A stretch of 64,000 nt of DNA from NCBI GenBank assembly GCA_036272935.1, contig DATAXP010000143.1, forward strand, positions 20,852-84,851, in the 5' to 3' direction. The position numbers and the translations under genes are program-made. Each line of letters begins with the position of its first letter. The stretch's first letter is position 1. This DNA is from Pirellulales bacterium (lineage in GTDB: Bacteria > Planctomycetota > Planctomycetia > Pirellulales > PNKZ01). Under the pieces are notes generated by a model. The model saw only the letters and a program-made list of their open reading frames with translations, did no database searches and was not told where the DNA came from. Positions 1 to 8,278 of the stretch are shown in pieces.

Positions 1-192
1 TATCCGAGTCACGTATTGCGTGAAGCGGTCGAGGAGAACACCGGCACCAAGTTCGCCTTCCACGAACAGCTCGATGCCTATGCCGACTTTGTGCCCGATC
101 GGCAGCTGGCCGACCTTGACCCGCGCGGCCGCGGCCTGGCCGAGGTGTGCCTGGTGATCTTTAACTCGAACGAGTTTGTGTACGTGTACTGA
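1..192 (+). CDS. C-terminal fragment of a DUF1553 (PSD1)-type protein; 5' end lies outside the window
   Basis: Frame 1 is open from the window edge to TGA at 190-192. The tail ...VCLVIFNSNEFVYVY resembles the C-terminus of PSCyt/DUF1549/DUF1553 proteins, which typically precede a DUF1501 gene, as here. Confidence 0.55.
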   Translation, partial: YPSHVLREAVEENTGTKFAFHEQLDAYADFVPDRQLADLDPRGRGLAEVCLVIFNSNEFVYVY

Positions 193-254
193 GCCGTTAG
201 CGGCTAGCGATCAGCAGCTAGCCGGCTAATTGCTAATCGCTAACAGCTAACGGC
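193..254. repeat. Intercistronic imperfect palindrome built from 7-nt units
   Basis: Units gccgtta gcggcta gcgatca gcagcta are followed by the inverted set aattgct aatcgct aacagct aacggc. The outer arms GCCGTTAGC / GCTAACGGC pair. The element fills the spacer between the stop at 192 and the start at 261. Confidence 0.6.
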
Positions 255-260
255 TCTATC

Positions 261-1643
261 ATGCATCGTCGCGATTTCTTGTACGGCCTCGGCGCCTCGT
301 TGGGTAGCGTGGCACTCACGGCACTGGCGGCCAACGACGCGTCGCCGAAAAACCCGCTCGCCGCCAAGGCCGGTCACCTGCCCGCCAAGGCCAAGCGGTG
401 CATCTTTCTGATGATGGAAGGCGGCCCCAGCCATCTCGACACGTTCGATCCCAAGCCGGCGCTCGAGGGTCTGCACCTCAAGGAGTTCGTCCGCGAAGGG
501 AAGATGAAGTCGGCCATGGAGAGCGGCAAGCGGTATTACGTCCGCAGTCCGTTCACGTTCCGCAAGGCGGGCCGCTCGGGCGCCGACATGGCCACCAACT
601 GGGAGCAACTGGCCACCGTGGCCGACGAGCTGTGCTTCTACCGCGGCTGCCAGGTCGATAGCGTCAACCATCCGACGGCCATGTACCAGATGAACACCGG
701 CAACCGCTTCGGCGGCGATCCGGCCCTCGGCTCGTGGGTGACGTACGGGCTCGGTTCGCCGAACGAGAACCTGCCGGGGTTCATCGTGCTGCCCGAGGTG
801 TCGTATCCGCAAGGGGGCGCCGCGAACTGGGGCAACGGCTTCTTGCCGGCCAATTTCCAGGGCACTCCGCTGCGTCCCAAGGGAGCGCCGATCCTCGACC
901 TCACGCCGCCGGCAGGCGTCACGGCCGAGCACCAGCGCGAGAATCTCGATTTCCTCTCGGCGATCAACGCCGACCACCAGCAGCGGCATCCGTGGCACGA
1001 CGAGCTGTCGGCGCGCGTCGACAACTACGAGCTTGCCTTTCGCATGCAGATGCAGGTGCCGGGCATCCTCGATTTCTCGCAGGAAAGCGACAAGATCAAG
1101 GAGCGGTACGGCATCGGCCGCGAGCCGACCGACAGCTTCGGCCGCAAGTGCCTGCTGGCCCGCCGGCTCGTCGAGCAGGGCGTGCGCTTCGTGCAGCTCT
1201 ACCACGGCTCGTGGGACTCGCACGATTTCATCGAGCGCGCCCACGGCAACCTGGTGCCGCAGGTCGATCGGCCGATCGCGGCCCTGTTGGCCGACCTGCG
1301 CGAGCGCGGCCTGCTCGATGAAACGCTGGTCGTGTGGTGCGGCGAGTTCGGCCGCACGCCCGACAACGGCGTGCGCGGCGGCACGGCCTACGGCCGCGAC
1401 CACAATCCCAAAGCGATGACCATCTGGCTGGCCGGCGGCGGCGTGAAGGCGGGGCACACCATCGGCGCCACCGACGAAACCGGCAGCGAGGCGGTCGAGT
1501 GCGTGCACCACGTGCGCGATCTGCACGTGACGTTGCTCCGGTTGCTGGGCCTCGACGACAACAAGCTCACCTTCTACCACAGTGGGCGCTTCAAGCAGCT
1601 CTCGCAGTTCGGCGGCTCGGTGATCAAAGAGTTGATCGCCTGA
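261..1643 (+). CDS. DUF1501 family protein (sulfatase-like fold) with Tat-type signal
   Basis: 460-aa ORF. N-terminus MHRRDFLYGLGASLGSVALTALAA is Tat-like, and the FLMMEGGPSHLDTFDPKP motif is typical of DUF1501. It sits directly downstream of a DUF1553-type gene. Confidence 0.85.
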   Translation: MHRRDFLYGLGASLGSVALTALAANDASPKNPLAAKAGHLPAKAKRCIFLMMEGGPSHLDTFDPKPALEGLHLKEFVREGKMKSAMESGKRYYVRSPFTFRKAGRSGADMATNWEQLATVADELCFYRGCQVDSVNHPTAMYQMNTGNRFGGDPALGSWVTYGLGSPNENLPGFIVLPEVSYPQGGAANWGNGFLPANFQGTPLRPKGAPILDLTPPAGVTAEHQRENLDFLSAINADHQQRHPWHDELSARVDNYELAFRMQMQVPGILDFSQESDKIKERYGIGREPTDSFGRKCLLARRLVEQGVRFVQLYHGSWDSHDFIERAHGNLVPQVDRPIAALLADLRERGLLDETLVVWCGEFGRTPDNGVRGGTAYGRDHNPKAMTIWLAGGGVKAGHTIGATDETGSEAVECVHHVRDLHVTLLRLLGLDDNKLTFYHSGRFKQLSQFGGSVIKELIA

Positions 1644-1670
1644 CGAGCGCACGACGCGTCCCCAACGAAC

Positions 1671-1792
1671 CCCTCGCCCTCTGGGAGAGGGTGGCCGCCG
1701 CCGCGGCGGCCGGGCGAGGGTGAACTGGGAACTCGGCATCCATGCCACTTCACCCTCATCCGCCCTTCGGGCACCTTCTCCCATAGGGCGAA
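1671..1792. repeat. GC-rich composite palindrome (REP-like)
   Basis: CCCTCGCCC...GGGCGAGGG encloses the palindrome GGCCGCCGCCGCGGCGGCC. A downstream partner arm caccttctcccatagggcga is the near reverse complement of tcgccctctgggagagggtg. Confidence 0.5.
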
Positions 1793-1868
1793 CGGCGCGT
1801 GTTTCGGCCTACCCGCCCCGAACGGTTACATGTTCGACAGGCCGTGACCCGTGACATTCTGTCGCCGT

Positions 1869-1901
1869 AGAAGAGTCCAATGAGGGGCAAGGGATTCTTC
1901 T
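1869..1901 (+). promoter_or_regulatory. 10-bp inverted repeat abutting the RBS of the His-rich gene (candidate operator or 5'-UTR hairpin)
   Basis: AGAAGAGTCC (1869-1878) and GGATTCTTCT (1892-1901) match as reverse complements at 9 of 10 positions. The repeat is immediately followed by GGTGGAGGTG and the ATG at 1916. Confidence 0.25.
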
Positions 1902-1915
1902 GGTGGAGGTGAAGT

Positions 1916-2296
1916 ATGTCACGCTTCAGTGTTATGGCGGGAGGTGCGTTGTTGGCTGTGGTCGCGGCGCTTGCGATGCCGCAGATGGCGATGGCCAAGG
2001 GTCACGGCGGTGGTGGGCATCATGGTGGCGGCGGACATCACGGCCACGTCGGCGGGCATCGCGGCGGAATGAACCACGGCCGGCATCACAACGTGTCGCA
2101 TCGCGGCTACAATCACCGGCATCGTCGGCCGAACCAGTACAATCGCGGCTTCCGCACCAGCGCCGCTCGGCCGTACTCGGGCAACTTCCGCGGCCCGATG
2201 AACGCTGGGAATCTGCCGCGGACGAACCTCAATCGTCCCATCGCCCGCCCGGCGTCGACGCAGGGTCGCACGCTCAACAACTCGGGCATTCGGTAA
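1916..2296 (+). CDS. Small secreted His/Gly/Arg/Asn-rich low-complexity protein (possible metal binder)
   Basis: 126 aa. Signal peptide MSRFSVMAGGALLAVVAALAMPQMAMA is followed by KGHGGGGHHGGGGHHGHVGGHRGGMNHGRHHNVSHRGYNHRH, about 13 His in about 50 residues. A GGAGG-type RBS lies upstream and a strong terminator downstream. Confidence 0.6.
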   Translation: MSRFSVMAGGALLAVVAALAMPQMAMAKGHGGGGHHGGGGHHGHVGGHRGGMNHGRHHNVSHRGYNHRHRRPNQYNRGFRTSAARPYSGNFRGPMNAGNLPRTNLNRPIARPASTQGRTLNNSGIR

Positions 2297-2322
2297 CCGA
2301 ATCCGCGAGGTTCGTCGAAACA

Positions 2323-2352
2323 AGCCCACGGACAGCCGTCCGTGGGCTTTTG
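2323..2352 (+). terminator. Rho-independent terminator of the His-rich gene
   Basis: Perfect 11-bp stem AGCCCACGGAC / GTCCGTGGGCT with a 4-nt loop, followed by a TTTT run. Confidence 0.75.
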
Positions 2353-2424
2353 TCGTTTCCAACGCTTGTGCATCAGTGGGCTTCACGAAGCAAGGGTTTG
2401 GAAATCTCTCGGCACATATGCCTT

Positions 2425-2775
2425 CTATGATTTTGTGAGCGGATGGTCGATGTAGAAAATCAAGAACGGCGGAATCTTCCGGCCCTTGCCGACGCGCGCG
2501 GCCGGCGACAAATCCCGTTGGCCGTCGCCGTCTCCGTATCGCCCGCCGCCGTGAATCCAAACGACGACCGGACGTCGCTGGCCCGAGGCGGGCGAATAGA
2601 CGTCGAGCACTTGCCGCTCATGCGGCGGGAGAGCGTAGGGCCGACCGCGGTCGACGCGCAGCTCGTCGGCGAAGATCGTCGAGGCATAAAACACGCAGGC
2701 GACGCAGAGCCACGATCGAGACGGAATACATCGTCGGCAGGTCCGGCAACGAGTGCAATGTGCGTAAGCCGTCAT
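2425..2775 (-). pseudogene. Truncated alpha/beta-hydrolase (esterase/lipase-type) remnant; only the N-terminal third is present
   Basis: Signal-like N-terminus, then ...VLDVYSPASGQRRPVVVWIHGGG (oxyanion-hole HGGG box). The ORF ends about 35 residues later without a nucleophile-elbow GxSxG or the rest of the fold. Confidence 0.45.
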
Positions 2776-2943
2776 TGTATCGCCCTGGATACGCCTGCGG
2801 CGGAGTTTGCAGAATACCCGCTCGACGATTGATATTGCTCGAATTCATGCGAGCAGCTTGAATGGTCCGCGGGATGCGCAAAGCCGAAGTGCCGGCGCAC
2901 GGATCGGCTAGTTGAATCCACATACTTCAAAGGTGAATGGGAA

Positions 2944-3468
2944 ATGAGCATTCGCTTATCACGCTTGGCGACGGGAGTGTTGGCAGTGGCAGTCGTCGTA
3001 CTGATGGCGGGCCGCAGTTCGGCGGTTTTTTATGAGCTTCAGCCGTCGAAAGACGAGTGGGGGTTGAAGTACGACGTGGAGCTTAACGCCGCTGCCGGAG
3101 ACACTCTAAATGTCGTATTCACCCTTGCTCACGAAGGGAGACTGAAGCCGATCTATTCGATCACCGTGGTTGCTTTCAGTAAGCAGACGGACAGTCAAGG
3201 CGGCCGCTCGTATGACGTGAAGGCGCCGATCGAGTTGAAGACGACGGCGGATGGCAAGCGCGCGGGTCAAGTGCAGATACGCAAAGAGTTTTTAGACCGC
3301 GCCAAGATCCGCATCCTCACCCTGACGGTTGATGGCCGGCCGCAAACGGCCGGTGCAGCGTACTGCGACATTCCGCTAAAAAAGTTCCTGCAAAAAAATC
3401 CGGCGACAGTCTCACGCGAAGCGCCCCGATCCAATGCAGCACCGCCGGCATCGAAGGTCACAAAGTAA
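2944..3468 (+). CDS. Hypothetical secreted protein
   Basis: 174 aa with signal peptide MSIRLSRLATGVLAVAVVVLMAGRSSA. No recognisable motif. The region looks lower in GC than its flanks. Confidence 0.5.
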   Translation: MSIRLSRLATGVLAVAVVVLMAGRSSAVFYELQPSKDEWGLKYDVELNAAAGDTLNVVFTLAHEGRLKPIYSITVVAFSKQTDSQGGRSYDVKAPIELKTTADGKRAGQVQIRKEFLDRAKIRILTLTVDGRPQTAGAAYCDIPLKKFLQKNPATVSREAPRSNAAPPASKVTK

Positions 3469-3574
3469 ACGACCGCGCATGCCCGCACCGCACCTGTTGC
3501 CGCCATGACCGGAGGGATTAAAGAGGGGCTGATCAGTTCTCCAGCGATTTCATCATCGCCGCAAGTACGGTTAT

Positions 3575-4429
3575 TCAGCAACGCCGCTGGCAACTGGCGC
3601 AGAAGAACGTCGATCGCTGCGCCTGCACGATGCGCGTGACGGGACGCTCGCACGTGGGGCATGGTTTGCCGGCGCGGTCGTACACGCGATGGTGGTTCTG
3701 GTACCGCCCCGCCTGATTTAGCGCATTGCGATACGTGTGATCCGACAAGGTTGAGCCTTCGTGACGGATCGCGGCCTTGAGCACTTTGCGCGTCGCCGCA
3801 AGGATTGCTTTCCATGCAGCCTCGTCGAGCTGATCGCAGCGCGTGGCCGGGTGGATGCCCGCGACATGCAAGATTTCCGAGGCGTACAGATTGCCGATCC
3901 CTGCGACTGTCTTCTGATCGAGCAGCGCCACCTTGATTGCCCGGCGGCTGGCGGCGAGGCGATCGCGCAACTGTTGCCAAGAGATGTTCAGCGCGTCGGG
4001 ACCGATGGCGCCCGAACGGTAGCGGTACTCGAACTCGTCGGCCGCCACCAGGCGCACGGTCCCGAGGCCGCGACGGTCCCAGAACTTCAGCTCGTGCGCA
4101 ATGGCATCGTTGCGGCCGCGGGCACCGCACAGTTCTAGCACCAGCCGCAAGTGTTCGCGCGTGGGCGGCTCGGCCAGCAGCACCAGGCCGGTCATGCGCG
4201 GCTCGATCACCAGGCGATCGCCGGTGTCGACCTCGATCACCACGCGCTTGCCGAGCCTGCCGGTGCCGGTGATCGTGCGCCCCACCAGCCGGCGGCGGAG
4301 CGTTGGCCAGGGCGGGTTCATCTCGATCGGCCGGCGGCGACAGCGGGGACGCACGACCGCGGCAATCGTGGTGCCCACGACCGGCTCGATGCCGCGGCGC
4401 ATGGTTTCGACTTCGGGCAGTTCCGGCAT
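3575..4429 (-). CDS. mutM: Formamidopyrimidine-DNA glycosylase
   Basis: N-terminus MPELPEVE carries the catalytic Pro2/Glu3. C-terminal zinc finger CPTC...CASC. 284 aa. Confidence 0.9.
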   Translation of the reverse strand: MPELPEVETMRRGIEPVVGTTIAAVVRPRCRRRPIEMNPPWPTLRRRLVGRTITGTGRLGKRVVIEVDTGDRLVIEPRMTGLVLLAEPPTREHLRLVLELCGARGRNDAIAHELKFWDRRGLGTVRLVAADEFEYRYRSGAIGPDALNISWQQLRDRLAASRRAIKVALLDQKTVAGIGNLYASEILHVAGIHPATRCDQLDEAAWKAILAATRKVLKAAIRHEGSTLSDHTYRNALNQAGRYQNHHRVYDRAGKPCPTCERPVTRIVQAQRSTFFCASCQRRC

Positions 4430-4486
4430 ACGGCCATTGTGGCCGTGCGGTGCTAAACCGCAAGCGGCGATGGACCAGCGACAAAT

Positions 4487-5596
4487 TTACTCGGCGCCGG
4501 TGGGCGTGAGCGCCGCCTGGGCCGTGGCGTTGATTGCCGGCTCGTAGCGAGCTCGCAGCCAGTCGCCCAGGGCCGCACTGGCCAGTTCGAGACCTTGCTG
4601 GCTGAAGTCGGCGGCATCGGGCAGATACACCGAGGCGCGCGCCGCGCGCAGCGACGGCAGCAAATCGAGCACCGCCACGCCGCGCTCATGAGCGAACCGC
4701 GCCCAGCGCCGCTGGGGAAGCTCGAAGTCGTACTCGCTGGCCTGGCCTCCGCTGCGCCGCACGAGCGCATCGCGCAGTGATGCGCTGAGCTGAAAATCGG
4801 CCGGCACCACCACCAAGGCCAGTTCGATGTCACGACGGCAGCACTGGTTGATGACGTGGTCGAGATGCTCGGCTGCGGCGCGCCATTGATCTTTGCGAGT
4901 CGCGGATTCGGGCACACGGCAGGCGTCGAGCTGCTTGACGCCTCGCCTCAGCCGGCGCTCGTACGGGTCGTTCGAGTGCGTGTCGGTCGCGTCGCGCGAT
5001 GAACCCGCGGTGCGCAGCAGCTGCATGCCGTAATGAACGACGCGCAGGTCGCGCCACGCCGATGCGGCGACCACCGACGAAGGGGCCGTATCGTTGGACC
5101 CCACGCCGATGAACAGCAGCACCAGGTCGGGGCGATGTTCGAGCACGTCGAGCGCGGTCTGCGAGACGAATTCGCGTGGTCCCGCTTGTCGCAGGCCGAA
5201 GTTGAACACGTCGAGCCCCGGCACCGAGCGCTCGACCCGGTCGAGGCAATTCGTATCGCCAGTGCCCGACAAGGTAAGCGCCCCGCCCAACGCCGCGACA
5301 CGGAACTTGCCAGCCCGCGGGCGCGAGGCGAACTCGTCGTCCCAGTAGCCGCGGCTGTTGATGGTGCGCCCCTGCCAGTGTGAGCCGGGCGACCATTTCA
5401 GCCCGGAAAGCGGATCGAAGCCAGCCAATCGGCCGTATTGCCCTTGCTCGACGAGGCGCAAACTGCCTTCGACAACGGAGAGAATCAGGGCGATCGCCGT
5501 GAGCGAGCCGGCGATCCAACGCAGCGGAGCGAGATTCGCTCCGCGGACTCGCTGGCGAGTCGCGACCGGACTGCGGAAAGCTTCTTGCATTGCCAC
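4487..5596 (-). CDS. Hypothetical membrane-anchored protein, SGNH-hydrolase-like but with a degenerate block I
   Basis: 369 aa with an N-terminal TM segment (WIAGSLTAIALILSVV). FRVAALGGALTLSG and LVLLFIGVGSND resemble SGNH blocks, but no GDS catalytic serine motif is seen. Confidence 0.45.
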   Translation of the reverse strand: MAMQEAFRSPVATRQRVRGANLAPLRWIAGSLTAIALILSVVEGSLRLVEQGQYGRLAGFDPLSGLKWSPGSHWQGRTINSRGYWDDEFASRPRAGKFRVAALGGALTLSGTGDTNCLDRVERSVPGLDVFNFGLRQAGPREFVSQTALDVLEHRPDLVLLFIGVGSNDTAPSSVVAASAWRDLRVVHYGMQLLRTAGSSRDATDTHSNDPYERRLRRGVKQLDACRVPESATRKDQWRAAAEHLDHVINQCCRRDIELALVVVPADFQLSASLRDALVRRSGGQASEYDFELPQRRWARFAHERGVAVLDLLPSLRAARASVYLPDAADFSQQGLELASAALGDWLRARYEPAINATAQAALTPTGAE

Positions 5597-5897
5597 CGTG
5601 GCCTCCCGACGGTTTCAGCGGCTCTGGCAACCTCGACCAGTCGAGGCGCTAGTGACCGCTTCGTGGAGGCGCGTCAAATGCGTGTGGCGTGCGGTTCACC
5701 GCTGGCGGCGTGATGCCCTCATGGCGCCGCAGTGCAGGCTTACGAGATACTCGATGCCACGTCGAACGTCAATGCCAGTCAAGGGCCATCGCACGTTCGC
5801 ACCAGCGCGAGCAACTCGGGCCTTAGTTCAAACTATCGAGTGCTGGCTGAGATAAGTTGAACATAAGCCGGCGCAATGTTGCACTTTTGTCGACAAG

Positions 5898-6770
5898 TCA
5901 GGCGGGTCGCGTCACGGCTCGCAAGACACGGCAAGTGGCCGGCGACTTGTTGAGCACGTAGAAATGCACGCCCGGCGCCTGGCCGTCAATGAGCCCCTGC
6001 ACTTGGGCCGTGGCGAAATCGACCCCCACTTCGAACTGGTCTTCGGGCTGCTGTTCGCAACGCTCGAGCGCCGCCACCAGCGCCGTCGGCAAGCGCGCCC
6101 CGCACATCGATGTGATGCGACGGATCTGGTGCAGGTTGGTCACCGGCAGCACGCCGGGAACAATCGGCACGCGAATGCCCAGCGCGTGGCAGCGATCGCG
6201 AAAACGGAAAAAATCGTCGTTGTCGTAGAACAACTGCGTGATGACGATGTCGGCACCGGCATCGACCTTGCGCTTCAGATTCTGCAGATCGACATTGTGG
6301 CTCGACGCCTCGAGGTGCTTTTCCGGGTAGCCTGCCACCGCGATGCCAAATGCCGGGAACGAGGCGCGGATCAGGCGGACCAGCTCGTTGGCGTAGCGCA
6401 AGCCCCCCTCGACGGCGCGGAACTCGGTTTCTCCCTTGGGCGGGTCGCCTCGCAAGGCGACGATGTGCTGCACGCCACGCGCTTGAGCGTCTTCGAGGTA
6501 CGCGTGCAAATCGTCGACCGTCGCGCCGACGCACGTCAGATGCGAGGCGACCGGGCAGCCGAACTCCCGGGCCACGCGCTCGACCACGTCGAGCGTTTTT
6601 GCCCGCGTCGAGCCACCGGCCCCGTAGGTGCACGTCACGTAGCTCGGCTCGAACGCCATCAACTCGGCCAGATGCCGAAACAGTTCGGCATCCCCGTCGG
6701 CGGTCTTTGGCGGGAACAGCTCGAACGAGAGTCCGAAGCGAGCGGGCGTGTAGAAGGCGGACAAGCTCAT
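5898..6770 (-). CDS. metF: 5,10-methylenetetrahydrofolate reductase
   Basis: 290 aa. SFELFPPKT...VTCTYGAGGSTR...VALRGDPP are MetF signature stretches. Confidence 0.9.
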   Translation of the reverse strand: MSLSAFYTPARFGLSFELFPPKTADGDAELFRHLAELMAFEPSYVTCTYGAGGSTRAKTLDVVERVAREFGCPVASHLTCVGATVDDLHAYLEDAQARGVQHIVALRGDPPKGETEFRAVEGGLRYANELVRLIRASFPAFGIAVAGYPEKHLEASSHNVDLQNLKRKVDAGADIVITQLFYDNDDFFRFRDRCHALGIRVPIVPGVLPVTNLHQIRRITSMCGARLPTALVAALERCEQQPEDQFEVGVDFATAQVQGLIDGQAPGVHFYVLNKSPATCRVLRAVTRPA

Positions 6771-6853
6771 AAATGCGAAATGCGTAATGCTTAATGCATA
6801 AGTACGCGGATCTCCCCAGAATTAAGCATTAAGCATTTATCATTTCGCATTTA
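6771..6853. repeat. AT-rich intercistronic palindrome made of inverted heptamer arrays
   Basis: Left arm aaatgcg aaatgcg taatgct taatgca and right arm ttaagca ttaagca tttatca tttcgca. The arms are about 24/27 complementary with a 21-nt loop. The element spans the whole spacer between the stop of 6851..8083 and the metF start. Confidence 0.75.
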
Positions 6854-8083
6854 CAACGACAGCGGTTCGCCGGCGATTTGGCGCTCGTGCCGCGTCAGCT
6901 CGTACATGTCGTGCAGCAATTGCACATCGCAGGGGCGTTGGTCGACCGAGCGCCGCTTGAACATCCGCGCCTGCGTCTGCACCATTACCTCGACCGGCAG
7001 TTCGGTGACCTGGCCGAACAGCCGTGCGTAGTTCACGAAGCTCGGCACGTTCGTGGTCACGAAGCCGTAGAGCATGCTGCAAGCGCCGATCGTCTTGCCG
7101 GTGAAGATGCCGGTATTGATGGCGCTCTTGGCATAATCGCCCACGATGCAGCCGACGAACTGCATGCCCGTGGGGACGCGCTGCCCGTGGTACTCCATGT
7201 TCACCGGCCCGTAAGTGTTTTTCAAGTCGCTGTTGCAAGTGCCGGCGCCGAGGTTCACCCAACTGCCGAGGTAGCTGTGCCCCAGGAAGCCGTGATGCTG
7301 CTTGTTCGTGTACGGCTCGATGACCGACCCCTCGACCTCGCCGCCGATCTTGGTCGTGTGCCCCAGGGCGACACCGTCCTTGATCGCGGCTTGCTCGATG
7401 ACGCGCGCCGCGCGCCCCAAATGAGCCGGTCCGCTGAGAAAACAATACGGCCCGACGCTGGCCCCTTGTTCGAGGATGATCGGCCCGTTCGACGTGTCGA
7501 CCGTCAGGTATTCGCCCAGCTTCGCCTCGGCATCGATGAACACGCCGTCGCGCACTTCGCGATAGCTGCCTGTGCGGAGCCGATATTCGAGATTGGGCCG
7601 CAAGCTGGTCAGGTGATGCCGGATGATGTCGTGGGGATACTCGAACATCGGCAGCTCGGCGACCCCGGGCAGGGCCGGTAGCCCGGCGGTTGCTTGCAGT
7701 GCGTGTCCCGGCGACGGCAGCGGCTTGGCGTGCTCGCCGAAAGCCAGGAGCGCCGCAGCCAGATGATTTCCCTGCCTCACCGCCCCGGCGCGACCGGCGC
7801 TGGCCATTCCGCGCAGCGTTTCGAGCACCGCTACCGACGGCACCAAGCGGGCGTTGACCAGCAGGACTGGCTGGCCAGCCGATGAGCCGGTGAAGCCGAC
7901 GTCCCAATCGTCGGCCTGGAGCGTTGCCGCCAGGTGGGGCCGCACCAGCAGGTGCAACGGCCCCAGCAGCGACAGCAAATCGGTGAGTTGAAAGCTACCG
8001 CAGCCGATCATGCACGCCGCCCGACCGATGGTGACCGGGTACAACTGCGGCACGCGCTCGTCTTCGAAGACGACGACTTGCAT
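6851..8083 (-). CDS. Putative sugar nucleotidyltransferase with C-terminal left-handed beta-helix (GlmU-like architecture)
   Basis: 410 aa. N-terminus MQVVVFEDERVPQLYPVT matches the NTP_transf_4-like pattern. The C-terminal half has hexapeptide-repeat character (IGGEVEGSVIEPYTN..., LGSWVNLGAGT). Confidence 0.6.
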   Translation of the reverse strand: MQVVVFEDERVPQLYPVTIGRAACMIGCGSFQLTDLLSLLGPLHLLVRPHLAATLQADDWDVGFTGSSAGQPVLLVNARLVPSVAVLETLRGMASAGRAGAVRQGNHLAAALLAFGEHAKPLPSPGHALQATAGLPALPGVAELPMFEYPHDIIRHHLTSLRPNLEYRLRTGSYREVRDGVFIDAEAKLGEYLTVDTSNGPIILEQGASVGPYCFLSGPAHLGRAARVIEQAAIKDGVALGHTTKIGGEVEGSVIEPYTNKQHHGFLGHSYLGSWVNLGAGTCNSDLKNTYGPVNMEYHGQRVPTGMQFVGCIVGDYAKSAINTGIFTGKTIGACSMLYGFVTTNVPSFVNYARLFGQVTELPVEVMVQTQARMFKRRSVDQRPCDVQLLHDMYELTRHERQIAGEPLSL

Positions 8084-8148
8084 GGCATGTACCGTAGCGG
8101 GTGAGCGAAACGCAGGTCAACGGGAAAAGAGCAAGCGGCGGATTGTTT

Positions 8149-8231
8149 GGGTGCCACTGGCTTTGCCAGTGTGGATAGCGCACTGGCGAAGCCAGTGGCA
8201 CCCGACGACGATTCATTTGCTTTTCTGAGGA
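8149..8231 (+). repeat. Hairpin-plus-tail element, copy A (23-bp stem plus conserved 28-nt tail)
   Basis: GGGTGCCACTGGCTTTGCCAGTG-9 nt-CACTGGCGAAGCCAGTGGCACCC, followed by gacgacgattcatttgcttttctgagga. A second copy lies at 43043-43126 in the same orientation. Confidence 0.8.
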
Positions 8232-8278
8232 TCAATAACCCCTGGTTTGCCGCGGGGTGCGTCTCGTACACTTCAAAT

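Noticed and set aside
240-1784. 514-aa ORF antisense to the DUF1501 gene
   Set aside because: Arg/Ala/Gly/Val-rich composition typical of the reverse frame of a high-GC gene. It fully overlaps a gene with clear family motifs.
3267-4484. 405-aa ORF overlapping mutM in another frame
   Set aside because: The mutM frame has the catalytic PELPEVE N-terminus and the zinc finger, while the alternative frame is Arg/Pro-rich with no motif.
6771-6853. Heptamer arrays (also at 193-254, 21109-21208 and 40756-40797) as CRISPR arrays
   Set aside because: The units are 7-9 nt with no spacers, the total length is under 100 bp, the arrays are palindromic, and there are no cas genes.
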